This document shows, piece by piece, positions 41,926 to 52,798 of a stretch of 64,000 nucleotides of DNA. Below the pieces are notes generated by a model. The model worked only from the letters and a program-made list of their open reading frames with translations, did not search any database and had not been told where the DNA came from. Position 1 is the stretch's first letter. Each line of letters opens with the position of its first letter. A program made the position numbers and the translations under genes. Origin of the DNA: an uncultured Chroococcidiopsis sp. (GTDB taxonomy: Bacteria; Cyanobacteriota; Cyanobacteriia; Cyanobacteriales; Chroococcidiopsidaceae); NCBI GenBank assembly GCA_964248365.1, contig CAXTYC010000010.1:64001-128000 (forward strand), in the 5' to 3' direction.

Positions 41926-42969
41926 ATGGCACTAAGAATAGGCATGGTTCACTCGGATTTGCCAGAAGAAGGTAAAAAACCTGGGGGTGTTTTTGTTGCT
42001 GTACATGAACTTGCTAATGCACTAGTTCGAGCCGGAAATTATGTCCGCTTCTATTCTCATACAGCTAAACCCAAGGATGCCATTTATGAAGTTGTAGATT
42101 TACCCCACACCAATTCAGGTACTATTAACAGGCGGATAGTTCTACCTTTCCAAATAGGTTATTTGGATTTAAAAGGATTAGATATTTTACATTTACATGG
42201 CGATGATTGGGCATTTTTGAACCGCTCTATTCCAACTGTAAGAACATTTCATGGATGTGCAATTAATGAATCGAAGTTTGCAGATAACTTAAAAGCAAAG
42301 TTAGTTCATGCAGCTTACCATCCACTTGAGTTATGGGCTAATAAACTTGCAGATTATTCGGTAGGAGTAGGAGATGATCCTGTAAAGTTATTAGGAGCAA
42401 AAGCGGTTATTCCAAATGGTTATGACACATCTTTATTTTACCCAGGACAAAAGTCGCCCACACCAACAGCAATTGTAATTGGAACTTTGAAAGGGCGTAA
42501 ACAGTCAGAACTTGCCATAGAACTACTTTTATCTTTACGTCAAGAAATTCCTGACTTAGTAATACACGCAGTAATCGATCAACCATACGACAATTCAACG
42601 GTTCAAAGCTGGGTAGGTATTTCTAGAGAGCAGTTAGCACTCTTGGTAAGAGAGTCATGGATTGGGGTATCTACAACGCTTTATGAAGGATTTGGGATGT
42701 ATTATTTAGAGTGGATGGCTGCCGGAACTGTTCCTGTAACATTCGGGAATATAGGAACAAAAAGTTTAATTCAGAATTCTCAAGCCGGAATAATTGCTGA
42801 AAATATGTCCCAATTACGTGAGGCTACATTACACCTTTTAAAAGACTCATCTACAAGAGATACATATTCAAAAAATGCTGTAGCAGCAGGCAAAATGCTT
42901 ACTTGGGATCACATAGCGCAGTCGTATATGAAAATTTATGATCAAGTGATTAGAAGTCAGGAAAATTAA
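41926..42969 (+). CDS. GT4 glycosyltransferase
   Basis: KPGGV, HLHGD, RTFHG, IPNG, YEGFGMYYLEWMAAG. Confidence 0.85.
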   Translation: MALRIGMVHSDLPEEGKKPGGVFVAVHELANALVRAGNYVRFYSHTAKPKDAIYEVVDLPHTNSGTINRRIVLPFQIGYLDLKGLDILHLHGDDWAFLNRSIPTVRTFHGCAINESKFADNLKAKLVHAAYHPLELWANKLADYSVGVGDDPVKLLGAKAVIPNGYDTSLFYPGQKSPTPTAIVIGTLKGRKQSELAIELLLSLRQEIPDLVIHAVIDQPYDNSTVQSWVGISREQLALLVRESWIGVSTTLYEGFGMYYLEWMAAGTVPVTFGNIGTKSLIQNSQAGIIAENMSQLREATLHLLKDSSTRDTYSKNAVAAGKMLTWDHIAQSYMKIYDQVIRSQEN

Positions 42970-43218
42970 AACTCGGTAGAATGACATACAAACCGTAAGT
43001 GCTATCTGCAATTTTTCTAACTATCAGAAAACAAATTTGTATCTTTTCGTGCGCGTTGGTAAGACTGGCATACTTAGCAACAAGGCTTTATCGTGAATCA
43101 AAGAGCGCTTCTGTTGAGTGTTAGACCGCTCTTTAAGCCGTAAGCTTTAATTGGCGGCTTTGCAAGAGCGCTGTTTTATAAATAGTTGAAGAAGTAGTTT
43201 TACTGTGGAGATGCACTA

Positions 43219-44697
43219 GTGAGATCTAAGCAAATACTTTACAATAGCCCACCGAAAAAGGGCGTTGGCTTTTTGCAACCCGCCCCAGCTTGGACAGCAA
43301 TACTGGCGTTAGTGCTTTTTACAGTAGCTTTCTTACTAGTAAAAGCTGGAAGCCTCTTACAGCTACTATTTCCCCTAGGCTCTCTTGCTGTAGGGGTTTT
43401 ACTATATCGGCGGTATCCTATCCTTTACATAGGCTTCACCTGGTGGCTATGGTTACTATCACCATTAGTTGCCCGTATAGCTGATTATGTAAGTAGTAGT
43501 GGAGGTGGGGGGAGACCACTGATAATAGTCACACCCTATCTAGTAACGGTCTTGACTTTTGCTACCTTTGTGCGACAGCTTCCCAAATTTTGGAAGAGTG
43601 GCTTACCCTTTATCCTAGCTTTTACAGCAGTGTTTTATAGCTTTTTGGTAGGAGTGAGTCATCATTTCGCTCCCGATAACAGTGATATCTACCTTAGTCT
43701 TGACCCAAGTTTCCTGCCATATGCACCAATGAAAATTGCTGAGTCCTTTCTCAGTTGGATAGCTTCAATCTTGTTTGGTTTTCACTTATTTGTCAACTGG
43801 CGAGATTATCCTAGCTATCGTCAGAACTTTCAGCGTACATTCCTCTGGGGTGTTTTAGTGGCGGGAGTTTATGGAATAGTGCAGTATTTGCTAGTGCCTG
43901 ATTGGGATCGATTTTGGTTTAAAAATTCGCCTGATATGCAGCTATGCTGTGGCTCACCTGAACCTTTTATGCTGCGCTTGTGGAGTACATCGAATACCCC
44001 CGCCACTTTTTCTAGCTTTATGGTGGCTGGGCTGCTGTTATTGTTCTGTAGCCCAGGCTTTTTAAAAGTTCCCGCTGCTGTAACTGGCTACTTATCGTTT
44101 CTACTGTCAGCAGTACGTATTGCTTGGGGCGCTTGGTTTGTGGGATTGCTTGCCTTAGTTGTTTCTATGAAGCCGCGCTTCCAGATGCGTTTGCTTGCGA
44201 CTGTCGTAGTGATGGTAATATTTGTCGCTTTAGTGAGTTCGGTAGAACCATTTTCCGATGTTATTGCTACCCGCTTTCAAACTTTCTCTAACATTCGGCA
44301 AGATCAAAGCCTGGGCGAAAGAGCCGATATTTATAATGATCTGCTCAATAAGACTCTTAGTGATGGTTTAGGCAGAGGAATGGGAGGCAGCAAGATTGTC
44401 GATGCTGGTATTCTAGACGTACTTTCAACTTTGGGCTGGTTTGGTCTGATTCCTTTTTTAGGTGGGAGCATCTTGCTCCTGGTCGATTTATTCCGATATG
44501 CTCAGGCTCGCTCTGATCCCTTTATGAGCGCTGCCCGCTCCATTAGCCTTGGTATGTTTATGATGCTACCTGGAACTAATACGATGATGCTACTTCACGG
44601 GATGCTTTTTTGGGCATTTGCAGGCATGGCAATGGCAGGACATAAATACTATGAGCATCAAAATACTGCTGAACTTAAGGGGAGGTCAGCTACGTGA
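43219..44697 (+). CDS. Wzy/O-antigen ligase-like membrane protein
   Basis: Many TM segments; YGIVQY..WDRFW, R.WST.N.P, LSAVR.AW, S..ER..IY, G.GMG. Confidence 0.75.
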   Translation: MRSKQILYNSPPKKGVGFLQPAPAWTAILALVLFTVAFLLVKAGSLLQLLFPLGSLAVGVLLYRRYPILYIGFTWWLWLLSPLVARIADYVSSSGGGGRPLIIVTPYLVTVLTFATFVRQLPKFWKSGLPFILAFTAVFYSFLVGVSHHFAPDNSDIYLSLDPSFLPYAPMKIAESFLSWIASILFGFHLFVNWRDYPSYRQNFQRTFLWGVLVAGVYGIVQYLLVPDWDRFWFKNSPDMQLCCGSPEPFMLRLWSTSNTPATFSSFMVAGLLLLFCSPGFLKVPAAVTGYLSFLLSAVRIAWGAWFVGLLALVVSMKPRFQMRLLATVVVMVIFVALVSSVEPFSDVIATRFQTFSNIRQDQSLGERADIYNDLLNKTLSDGLGRGMGGSKIVDAGILDVLSTLGWFGLIPFLGGSILLLVDLFRYAQARSDPFMSAARSISLGMFMMLPGTNTMMLLHGMLFWAFAGMAMAGHKYYEHQNTAELKGRSAT

Positions 44698-45827
44698 AAA
44701 TTGCTATTGTCATGCCACTGGCTGAGCAACGCGGCGGTGCTGAACAGGCGCTTTGGCATCTAATGCGGCAGGGTCAGAATCTAGGCGTAGACTGGCTAGT
44801 AGTATTCTTTGAAGATGGACCTATGGTGGGGCAAATCCACTCTCTTGGGGTGGAGACGCACATCGTTCCAGCAGGTCGCCTGCGTGAAGCGTCGCATTTC
44901 ATTGCTACAGTTACAAGAATCGCTTCCATTGCTAAACAAAGTCGTGTCGATGCGCTTTTCAGTTGGATGGCAAAGTCACACCTATACAGTAGTTTAGCAG
45001 CAATATTATCTGGCATTCCGGCGCTGTGGTATCAGCAGGGAGTACCGTCTAATAGCGGTTGGCTAGACAAAATTGCAACAATGCTTCCTGCTTGTGGTAT
45101 CCTCGCCTGTTCAAAAACGGCAGCCCAAGCTCAAGCATCTGTTCGACCGTTGCGCCCTGTCCGTGTTGTCTATCCTGGGGTGGAGCTTGACCGATTTGAG
45201 CCTGAAAAACTGCCGTCGCCCTTCGAAGTGCGGCGGCGGTTGGGTTTGCCCGAAAACGATTTTCTAATTGGCATCGTGGGTCGTCTACAACGTTGGAAAG
45301 GCATTCATGTGCTGGTGGAGGCAATGCCTAAAGTGCTGCAAAATTATTCCAACGCCCAGTGTATTGTGGTCGGTGGTAAACATGAACTGGAGCCTGATTA
45401 CCCGGCATATCTCGAAAGCCGAATTGCCGCATTGGGTGTGCAAGACAATGTAAAAATGGTTGGTTTGCAACGCAATGTCCCAGAGTGGATGCAGGCAATG
45501 GATGTCATAGTTCATGCTTCTGACTTTGAGCCATTTGGCATGGTGATCATTGAAGCAATGGCTCTAGGCAAGCCAGTTGTGGCGGGTGCTACTGGTGGTC
45601 CTACAGAAATCATTACGCCTGATATAAACGGCATCTTAACGCCTTACGGTGATGCGGATGCACTTGCAAATGCTATTGTTCGCTATCTGGACGATCCGAA
45701 TTTTGCCCAGAAGACCGGAATGGCTGCACGGCTGCGGGCGTTGGATTTCTCAACACAGTTTTACGCTAAGAACTGGGTTGAGGCAGTGCGTGATTTGTTA
45801 CCAAGTGTTTCCCCGTTCGGTCGATGA
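44694..45827 (+). CDS. GT4 glycosyltransferase
   Basis: RGGAE, VGRLQRWKG, EPFGMVIIEAMALGKPVV; GTGA overlap with the upstream gene. Confidence 0.92.
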   Translation: MKIAIVMPLAEQRGGAEQALWHLMRQGQNLGVDWLVVFFEDGPMVGQIHSLGVETHIVPAGRLREASHFIATVTRIASIAKQSRVDALFSWMAKSHLYSSLAAILSGIPALWYQQGVPSNSGWLDKIATMLPACGILACSKTAAQAQASVRPLRPVRVVYPGVELDRFEPEKLPSPFEVRRRLGLPENDFLIGIVGRLQRWKGIHVLVEAMPKVLQNYSNAQCIVVGGKHELEPDYPAYLESRIAALGVQDNVKMVGLQRNVPEWMQAMDVIVHASDFEPFGMVIIEAMALGKPVVAGATGGPTEIITPDINGILTPYGDADALANAIVRYLDDPNFAQKTGMAARLRALDFSTQFYAKNWVEAVRDLLPSVSPFGR

Positions 45828-46083
45828 AAAAAACCAAAAATCTTTGATTAATTTATGTTTTAATTTTAACTGGTGTTGGCTATTAACTACGTAAAAGCCG
45901 AACCCTATCAAATTTATGTTTATGAATGGACTTCTTGCAAAAGTAGATTTAGCCTTATCCTACGTGGTTGCTTTAATCGTCCTAATAAACTTGTGAGCTT
46001 TCATAATTCTTCTGTCTTGTGTCTTTTGTCTCCTACCATCACCCAAACAGAGCGCGATCTAGCAAGAGATCTAATGTATATTT

Positions 46084-47448
46084 ATGAATAACTTACTTAA
46101 GCTACTAAACCGATCCAAGCCTTACATATTAGCTCTGCTGGGCGCAAATGTTCTTTTTGGTTGCACTCAACAAGTAGCCGTTACTGAAGGTGTCTCTACT
46201 GCCCAGCAGACACCTTCAGTTCAAAAGAAATTACCCCAAGCAAACAAAGGGCTACAAGCCAAAAGTTCAGACTCATTTGTCGAGTTTGTGGGTGTAAATA
46301 CACATCTTACCTATACAGATACTGCCTATGGCAACTTTAATAGCATCATCAAACCCAAGTTGCGAGAATTAGGCATTCGCCACATCCGTGATGGAGGCTT
46401 CAACGATGCAACGTTCTTCAATAAAATTAAGGAACTCAACCGCCAGGGAATCAAGACAGTATTAACCTTCGCTGCCAACCCCCCAGAGGAGGTGGTTGCT
46501 ACTGCTAAAACACTTAAAGGCGCAATAGAGGCTGTGGAAGGTCCAAATGAGTCAGATTTAGAACATTTCAATTTTTCGTACAAAGGACAAAGGTTCCCAG
46601 AAGGAACCCGCACTTACCAACAAGAACTCTACACGGCGATCAAAGCCGACCCTGAAACAAAATACCTGCCTGTTGTACTGCCGTCAATGGGTTGGGGGGA
46701 AAACGCGCAAAAATTGGGTTACGTGCCTTGGGGCGATATCGGTAATATGCACAGCTACCCTAATCTCGGTAATCCCCCAACAGATGGTCTGGATTGGTAT
46801 TTCATCCCTCACGTGCGTACCATAACTGGGAAAACAAAACCGCTTTGGTCAACCGAGACTGGTTATCACAATTATATTAAAGATGACTTGGGAATTTCTG
46901 AACGGGCAGGGGCTAGATACATTCCCAGGGTATTGTTTGAGCAGTTTAATCGTGGTGTCAAGCGGGCTTACCTGTACGAGTTCATTAACCTAAATGCAAA
47001 TAAGGAAGGGAATGGACAAAATAACTATGGGTTGTTGCGAGCTGACGGCTCGCCAAAACCATCCTATACCACTATTAAAAACTTAATTTCCCTGCTGAAA
47101 GACCCTGGAAGAAGCTTTCCTTTGAAGTCCTTAGATTATAAGTTGAGTGGAAACACAACTGATGTAAAACAAACGCTGCTGCAAAAGCGTGATGGCAATT
47201 TCTACCTGGTTCTTTGGCAAGATGCGCGCAGTTGGGATAATAAGAAGAAGAAAGACATTGCAATTAGCGATCGCAAAGTAACCCTCAACCTGAATACGCC
47301 AATTAGCCAAGTTGTTGCCTATCAGCCTATCAGGTCAATTAATCCAACTTGGCGCAAGACAAACCCCAGTGGGCGAGTTAAGCAGCTATCAATAAATGTA
47401 CCTGACTATCCATTAATACTCAAGTTAGTATCTGCTCGCAAAAAGTGA
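46084..47448 (+). CDS. Putative lipoprotein glycoside hydrolase (clan GH-A-like)
   Basis: Lipobox VLFGC; GVNTH, EGPNE (acid/base), HSYP, WSTETGY (nucleophile), YGLLRADGSPKP. Confidence 0.7.
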   Translation: MNNLLKLLNRSKPYILALLGANVLFGCTQQVAVTEGVSTAQQTPSVQKKLPQANKGLQAKSSDSFVEFVGVNTHLTYTDTAYGNFNSIIKPKLRELGIRHIRDGGFNDATFFNKIKELNRQGIKTVLTFAANPPEEVVATAKTLKGAIEAVEGPNESDLEHFNFSYKGQRFPEGTRTYQQELYTAIKADPETKYLPVVLPSMGWGENAQKLGYVPWGDIGNMHSYPNLGNPPTDGLDWYFIPHVRTITGKTKPLWSTETGYHNYIKDDLGISERAGARYIPRVLFEQFNRGVKRAYLYEFINLNANKEGNGQNNYGLLRADGSPKPSYTTIKNLISLLKDPGRSFPLKSLDYKLSGNTTDVKQTLLQKRDGNFYLVLWQDARSWDNKKKKDIAISDRKVTLNLNTPISQVVAYQPIRSINPTWRKTNPSGRVKQLSINVPDYPLILKLVSARKK

Positions 47449-47542
47449 AGGTTGGTAATGGGTAATGAGAAAGGGAGTAGGGGCTAGGGGCTAGGGACTG
47501 GGGGAGAAATTATGAATTCCCTTTACCCTTTCACCTTAGAAC

Positions 47543-48992
47543 TTACTCAAAAGACTTTATCGCATCTGCAAGTATGCCAAACAATTGATCAATATGCTGT
47601 TTCTCAATAATCAGCGGTGGCGATAGGGCAATATTATCCCCAGCAGCACGAACCAGCGCCCCCATTTCATAACAGCGTAAGAAAGTCTAATATCCTCTTG
47701 CGCCAGGTTTACCAGGAATCGGTTCAAATTCAATTCCCGCTAGTAACCCCAAATTACGGGTATCAATTACATGAGGCAAACCGCGTAAACTGTGAACAGC
47801 ATCTTCCCAATAATCTGCTATTTCTTGCGCGCGTGTAAGCAATTCTTCTTTTTTGTATATATCCATTGTTGCTAAAGCCGCAGCACAGGCTACAGGATGA
47901 CCAGAATAGGTATAACCGTGATAAGAATTCAATCCCGCTTGCAGCGGCTTGCATAAAGGTTTCGTAGATATCCTCACGCACAAACACAGCCCCGCCTTTT
48001 GGCTCCTGACAAATATGGTCAGTTTTGTATTGGGATCTATCGGTTGGTGGGAGGGATAATTGACCCGTTGATTCGGGCTGACCATATTTGTCTACATCCT
48101 TTGTAACCCCCATCGGCACTGTACCGTTAGTAATACCCTTAGCTACAGTAATCATGTCTGGCACAATACCAAAATAATCTCTGGCAAAAGGTTTACCCAA
48201 CCGCCCAAATCCGGTAATGACTTCATCAAAAATTAGTAAAATGCCATGTTTGTCACAAATCTGCCGCAACCTTTCCAGATAACCTACAGGTGGAATCAGA
48301 ACACCTGTAGCCCCTGCAATTGGTTCTACAATCACTGCTGCAATGGTTGAAGCATCGTGTACGACAATTCGCTCCAACTCGTCGGCTAAATTCGCCCCCC
48401 ACTGTGGTTGTTTGCGGCTGAAGGCATTTTTTTCTAGATTATGCGTGTGTGGTAAATGATCGACTGCTGCTAACATATTGCCAAATAACTTGCGGTTAGC
48501 ACCAATTCCCCCAACAGCCGCACCGCCAAAATTTACACCATGATACGCGCGTTCTCTGCCAATTAGACGCTGACGCGCTCCTTCACCCTTTAGCCGATGG
48601 TAGGCGAGCGCAATTTTCAAAGCTGTATCTACACATTCCGATCTTGAATTGGTAAAAAATACCCGATTTATTCCACTAGGCAAAAGTTCTACCAATCGTG
48701 TCGCCAATTCAAAAGCGCCTGGATGACCCATTTGAAATGTAGGGGCATCCAGACGAGTCACCTGATCTCGCACTGCTGCTGCAATTTCTTGCCGACCGTG
48801 ACCAGCAGCGACACACCACAGCCCTGCTGTACCATCAAGGATATTACGACCATCATTTGTGGTATAATACATCCCTTCGGCTGCAACTAGCAAACGCGGC
48901 TGAGCTTTAAACTGGCGGTTAGCCGTAAATGGCATCCAGAATGCTTCTAAATCGCTAGGGGTTTGAGGGAAAGATGTCTCAACTAATTCCAT
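47543..48992 (-). pseudogene. Omega-amino acid:pyruvate aminotransferase (class III), disrupted
   Basis: FWMPFTANRQFK, DGTAGLWC, FDEVITGFGRLG; 39-codon insertion after TVPM, frameshifts near 47925 (HGYTYSGHP in another frame) and 47690, remnant SPPLII..DQLF. Confidence 0.88.
47994..48110. mobile_element. 117 bp insertion carrying a 15 bp perfect inverted repeat
   Basis: GACAAATATGGTCAG (48008) ... CTGACCATATTTGTC (48078), GG..CC termini at 48001/48099, flanked by CCCC runs. Confidence 0.8.
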
Positions 48993-49198
48993 AATCGGTA
49001 CGCTCTTGAGCTAAGTTATAGATCTCGTAACCTTTGCGATCGTAAGGGTTACGAGATGAGCCTCGCTCAGACGAGGTTTCGAGGGTCTAGTTACTAGACG
49101 CTAGCTCAGCCTCAATTTACTAATTAAACTTTTTCGAGTCCTACCATGCTAATAAAACATCGGTACGATAGTTAAAGAACAATCATAGGAGAAAGACA

Positions 49199-49795
49199 AC
49201 GGTTTACGCACGTCCTTTGGCGCGTCTGATTGAGCAGTTGCAGCGTTTGCCTGGAGTTGGACCCAAAACTGCCCAGCGCCTTGCTTTACATATTCTCAAG
49301 CGCCCAGAAACCGAAGTACAGGCTTTGGCACAAGCCCTAGTTGAAGCAAAACAGCAGCTTGGTTTGTGTTCTGTTTGTTTTCATCTATCTGCTGAACCAG
49401 TCTGTGACATCTGCCGTAATAGCAACCGCGACAACAATACTATTTGCGTTGTGGCTGATTCTCGTGATGTAATTGCACTGGAAAAAACTAGAGAGTATCA
49501 GGGCAAATATCACGTCTTAGGCGGAGTGATTTCGCCAATGGATGGAATTGGACCAGAACAGCTAACGGTTGAGGCTTTAGTGCGACGAGTCAGTCAGCAC
49601 AAACCCAAAGAAACAATTTTGGCAATTAGTCCGAGTGTGGAAGGAGAGACAACAACACTGTATGTAGGTGGATTACTCAAGCCGTTTACCAGAGTAACCA
49701 GAATCGCTTTTGGTTTACCTGTGGGTGGTGATTTGGAGTACGCCGATGAAGTGACTTTAGCAAGAGCTTTGGAAGGAAGACGGGAACTCGATTAA
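49199..49795 (+). CDS. recR: Recombination protein RecR
   Basis: [14 protein letters not shown]4 zinc finger, YHVLGG, EGETT, LEYADE; start uncertain (ACG 49199, GTT 49202 or TTG 49217). Confidence 0.95.
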   Translation, partial: TVYARPLARLIEQLQRLPGVGPKTAQRLALHILKRPETEVQALAQALVEAKQQLGLCSVCFHLSAEPVCDICRNSNRDNNTICVVADSRDVIALEKTREYQGKYHVLGGVISPMDGIGPEQLTVEALVRRVSQHKPKETILAISPSVEGETTTLYVGGLLKPFTRVTRIAFGLPVGGDLEYADEVTLARALEGRRELD

Positions 49796-49807
49796 ATTAA
49801 GAATAAT

Positions 49808-50365
49808 TTATTCATGGGTTGTACCGTCAGGCATGAGCGCCCCTTTCAGGTTTGCCCCCTGAAAGTTAGCAGCATTCAAATTAGCTCCTTCTAATTCTGC
49901 TTCTTTCAAGTTAGCTCGACTCAAGTTAGCACTATCCATAGTTGCCTGGTTTAGCCTAGCTCGCTCTAAATTTGCCTGTCTCAGGTCGGCTTGTTTGAGC
50001 AAGGATTCTTCCAAGTTTGCTCTATTAAGGTTAGCTCCTTGTAAGTTGGCATTCTTTAGTATTGCCTCCTCCAAGTTTGCCCTAGTAAGGTTAGCTTTCT
50101 CTAAGTTAGCTCCGGCTAAGAGTGCATCACTCAGCTTTGCCCCCCTAAGGTCTGCTCCTGCCAGATTTGCTCGCTCCAAATCACACCTTTCACATTTCTT
50201 TGTTTCTAGTAAACGTTTCACTACAGAACGTGCAGGTGATATAGCTTCAGAGGTTGTAGGCTGTGTAGGTGCAGACTGGGGCTGTTCGTTAGCACCACAG
50301 GCAGACACAAATCCTAACAAAGAAATAGTTGCAGCCCAATGAATGATTTTTGTTGAAATTGTCAT
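49808..50365 (-). CDS. Pentapeptide-repeat lipoprotein
   Basis: Lipobox FVSAC; LLETKKCERCDL followed by A(N/D)LxX repeats; MPDG end. Confidence 0.88.
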   Translation of the reverse strand: MTISTKIIHWAATISLLGFVSACGANEQPQSAPTQPTTSEAISPARSVVKRLLETKKCERCDLERANLAGADLRGAKLSDALLAGANLEKANLTRANLEEAILKNANLQGANLNRANLEESLLKQADLRQANLERARLNQATMDSANLSRANLKEAELEGANLNAANFQGANLKGALMPDGTTHE

Positions 50366-50440
50366 TTTAAATTCATATAAATTGAGCATTATTAGTTAGT
50401 AAGGTGCGTTACTAACCATCCTATTTTTGATTAATTGTTA

Positions 50441-52450
50441 TTATTTATTAGCGGCAAGATTGACTTGTTGTAACTGCCAAATTTTGATAGTTTTATCCTC
50501 ACTACTACTAACAAGAATTCTGCCATCATAATTAAAACTGACACAATTGATATTACCTGAATGCCCAGAAAGAGTGCCTAACAATTCTCCAGTATTTAGA
50601 CTCCAAAGTTTGATCGTCTCATCATCACTGCCGCTGGCGATAATTTTACTATCAGGACTAATGGCAACTGAATTAACATAACCTGAATGTCCAGTCAAGG
50701 TACGTAATAATTTTCCAGTTTGTAGATTCCAAATTTTGATTGATTTGTCCCAACTGCTAGAGACTACGGTTTGACCATCAGGACTAATTGCAACGGATCT
50801 AACTCTATCTGAATGCCCTGAAAGAGTGCGAAGCAATGCCCCAGTCTGGAAATTCCAAATTTTGACAGTTTTATCCTTACTTCCACTCACCAAAGTTTGT
50901 CCATCAGGGCTGATAGCAACAGACCAAACTGTGTCTGAATGCCCTATGAGGGTGCGGCGCAATGTCCTAGTTTGCAGATTCCAGATTGAGATGCTTCCAT
51001 CCCCACTACTACTGGCTACATTTTTTCCATCGGGACTAAGTGCAACTGACCAAACGTTGCTTGCTATCCCAAAAGTAGGACGGGGTTTATCAGTATTTAA
51101 ATGCCAAATTTTGATTGCCTGTTGTGTTGCATAGCTACCGCTTGTCAAGATTTGACCATCAGGGCTGAGGGCGACTGACAAAATCGCGGCTGAATCTTCA
51201 GGTAGTGTGCGTACTAACTGCCCTGTATCCATATCCCAAAGTTTAATCGTCTTGTCTCCACTCCCACTAACTAGGGTGTGTCCATCACGGCTAACCCCTA
51301 CTGTCCACACTGCATCAGTATGCCCAGTTAAAGTGTGTGCTAGGGTGACATTAGCTATCTGATTTTGCGATCCTAGAGCAATTTGGGATTGAGCAATAGA
51401 AGGGGCGATATTTGTAGCCCTTCGCAAGGTAGAATAACTCCCCAAGAATAAGCCCAAGGCGGCGATGACACCTATTGATGTCCCTACGTACAATGGCACC
51501 GCACGTTTGCTAGTTTTGGTTGTCTGATTCGTTTTGGTGGTGATAGGCGGTGGTGAAGTTGTCTCGCTAGCTATTGCGGGCTTCAAAAGATTTGGCGCAA
51601 ATTTTTCCACCAACGGTTGCAGGGAAGCTAATACTTCGGTTACACTCTGGTAGCGATCGCTAAACTGATAGCGCACCATTTGATTTATAATTGCTGCCAA
51701 TTGGGGATCTACTTCTACCAAGTGTTGCCATATCACTTCCCCAGTCTCAGCATCTTCTAGTAGCTGCGTCGGTTGCATCCCAGTTAGGGCTTGTATACCA
51801 ATCATCCCTACAGCATAGATATCACTATTCGGTCGCGGACGACCCCGACTTTGTTCGCTGGGCATATATCCCGAAGTGCCGATCGCTAGCGTCGCCGGAA
51901 TTCCTACTGCATAGTTGGCATTGGTTTGTCCTTGAGATGTAACTACTTGTGTCCAGGCTTGTTTGACACTACCAAAGTCAATCAGCACCAACACCCCATC
52001 TTTTTCTCGACAAATTAAGTTGCTAGGTTTGATGTCACGATGAATCAATCCATGAGTGTGTACTATGTGTAAAATGTTTAGGATTTCATACAATAATTCG
52101 ATGACTTGTTTTTCATTCCACCGCACTCCAGGTAACAAAATTGCATCCAACGGCTGTCCTGCGATGTATTCTTGTACTAAATAAAACTGTTGGTTTTCTT
52201 CAAAATAGTCTATTAGCTGTGGCACTTGGGCATAAGTGCCGAGTTTTTCTAGGGCAGCGACTTCTCTAGTAAATAAGCGTCGCAAGCTTGACATTGAAGC
52301 GGTCTGAGTGCTTGCTGGCAATAGGTGTTTAATGACACAAGGAGTCGGCTGATTGTGGCTAATGTCATGTGCTAGGTAGGTGTGACAGTAGCTGCCCCTA
52401 CTTAATATTTGTACTACTTGATATTTACCCTTGATGATTTCACCTATCAT
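50441..52450 (-). CDS. Ser/Thr protein kinase with TM segment and WD40 propeller
   Basis: IHRDIKPSN, IDFG, GTSGYMPSEQ, SDIYAVG; seven GH...DxTIKxW repeats. Confidence 0.93.
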   Translation of the reverse strand: MIGEIIKGKYQVVQILSRGSYCHTYLAHDISHNQPTPCVIKHLLPASTQTASMSSLRRLFTREVAALEKLGTYAQVPQLIDYFEENQQFYLVQEYIAGQPLDAILLPGVRWNEKQVIELLYEILNILHIVHTHGLIHRDIKPSNLICREKDGVLVLIDFGSVKQAWTQVVTSQGQTNANYAVGIPATLAIGTSGYMPSEQSRGRPRPNSDIYAVGMIGIQALTGMQPTQLLEDAETGEVIWQHLVEVDPQLAAIINQMVRYQFSDRYQSVTEVLASLQPLVEKFAPNLLKPAIASETTSPPPITTKTNQTTKTSKRAVPLYVGTSIGVIAALGLFLGSYSTLRRATNIAPSIAQSQIALGSQNQIANVTLAHTLTGHTDAVWTVGVSRDGHTLVSGSGDKTIKLWDMDTGQLVRTLPEDSAAILSVALSPDGQILTSGSYATQQAIKIWHLNTDKPRPTFGIASNVWSVALSPDGKNVASSSGDGSISIWNLQTRTLRRTLIGHSDTVWSVAISPDGQTLVSGSKDKTVKIWNFQTGALLRTLSGHSDRVRSVAISPDGQTVVSSSWDKSIKIWNLQTGKLLRTLTGHSGYVNSVAISPDSKIIASGSDDETIKLWSLNTGELLGTLSGHSGNINCVSFNYDGRILVSSSEDKTIKIWQLQQVNLAANK

Positions 52451-52798
52451 GGTGTAATATTAATAACAACTATCGAATTAAGAAGTAGAGTTAACTTCAC
52501 CAGGGAAAAAGGCAAGAATTTTAGCCTTGCGATCGCACTCTTAGCCTTGAAGATATAGCCCCTTTATTAACAATATGACACTTTCTTGAAGGAAGTATTG
52601 TTGTTTTTATCGCTTATCTTGTGCAAATTTTTGGAGATGATTAATTAGCTGTTAGCTGTTAGCAGGAGTGCTGGCACGCTCCTCGACAGTTTCTAGCAGA
52701 TAGTTATCTTTGTAAAGGGGTACGTCAATTGTGTTGCTACTCGCTAAAAGCTAATCGTTAATCGCTAAAAGCTAATCGCTAATTGCTATAGTGTTAAT

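Noticed and set aside
47687..48085. 132 aa ORF as an independent gene
   Set aside because: It is the frameshifted C-terminal part of the aminotransferase pseudogene starting inside the insertion
49007..49108. Multi-hairpin region upstream of the aminotransferase as a riboswitch
   Set aside because: Main stem resembles the CTCGT..ACGAG REP-like hairpins at ~26233 and ~29437; no known riboswitch consensus seen
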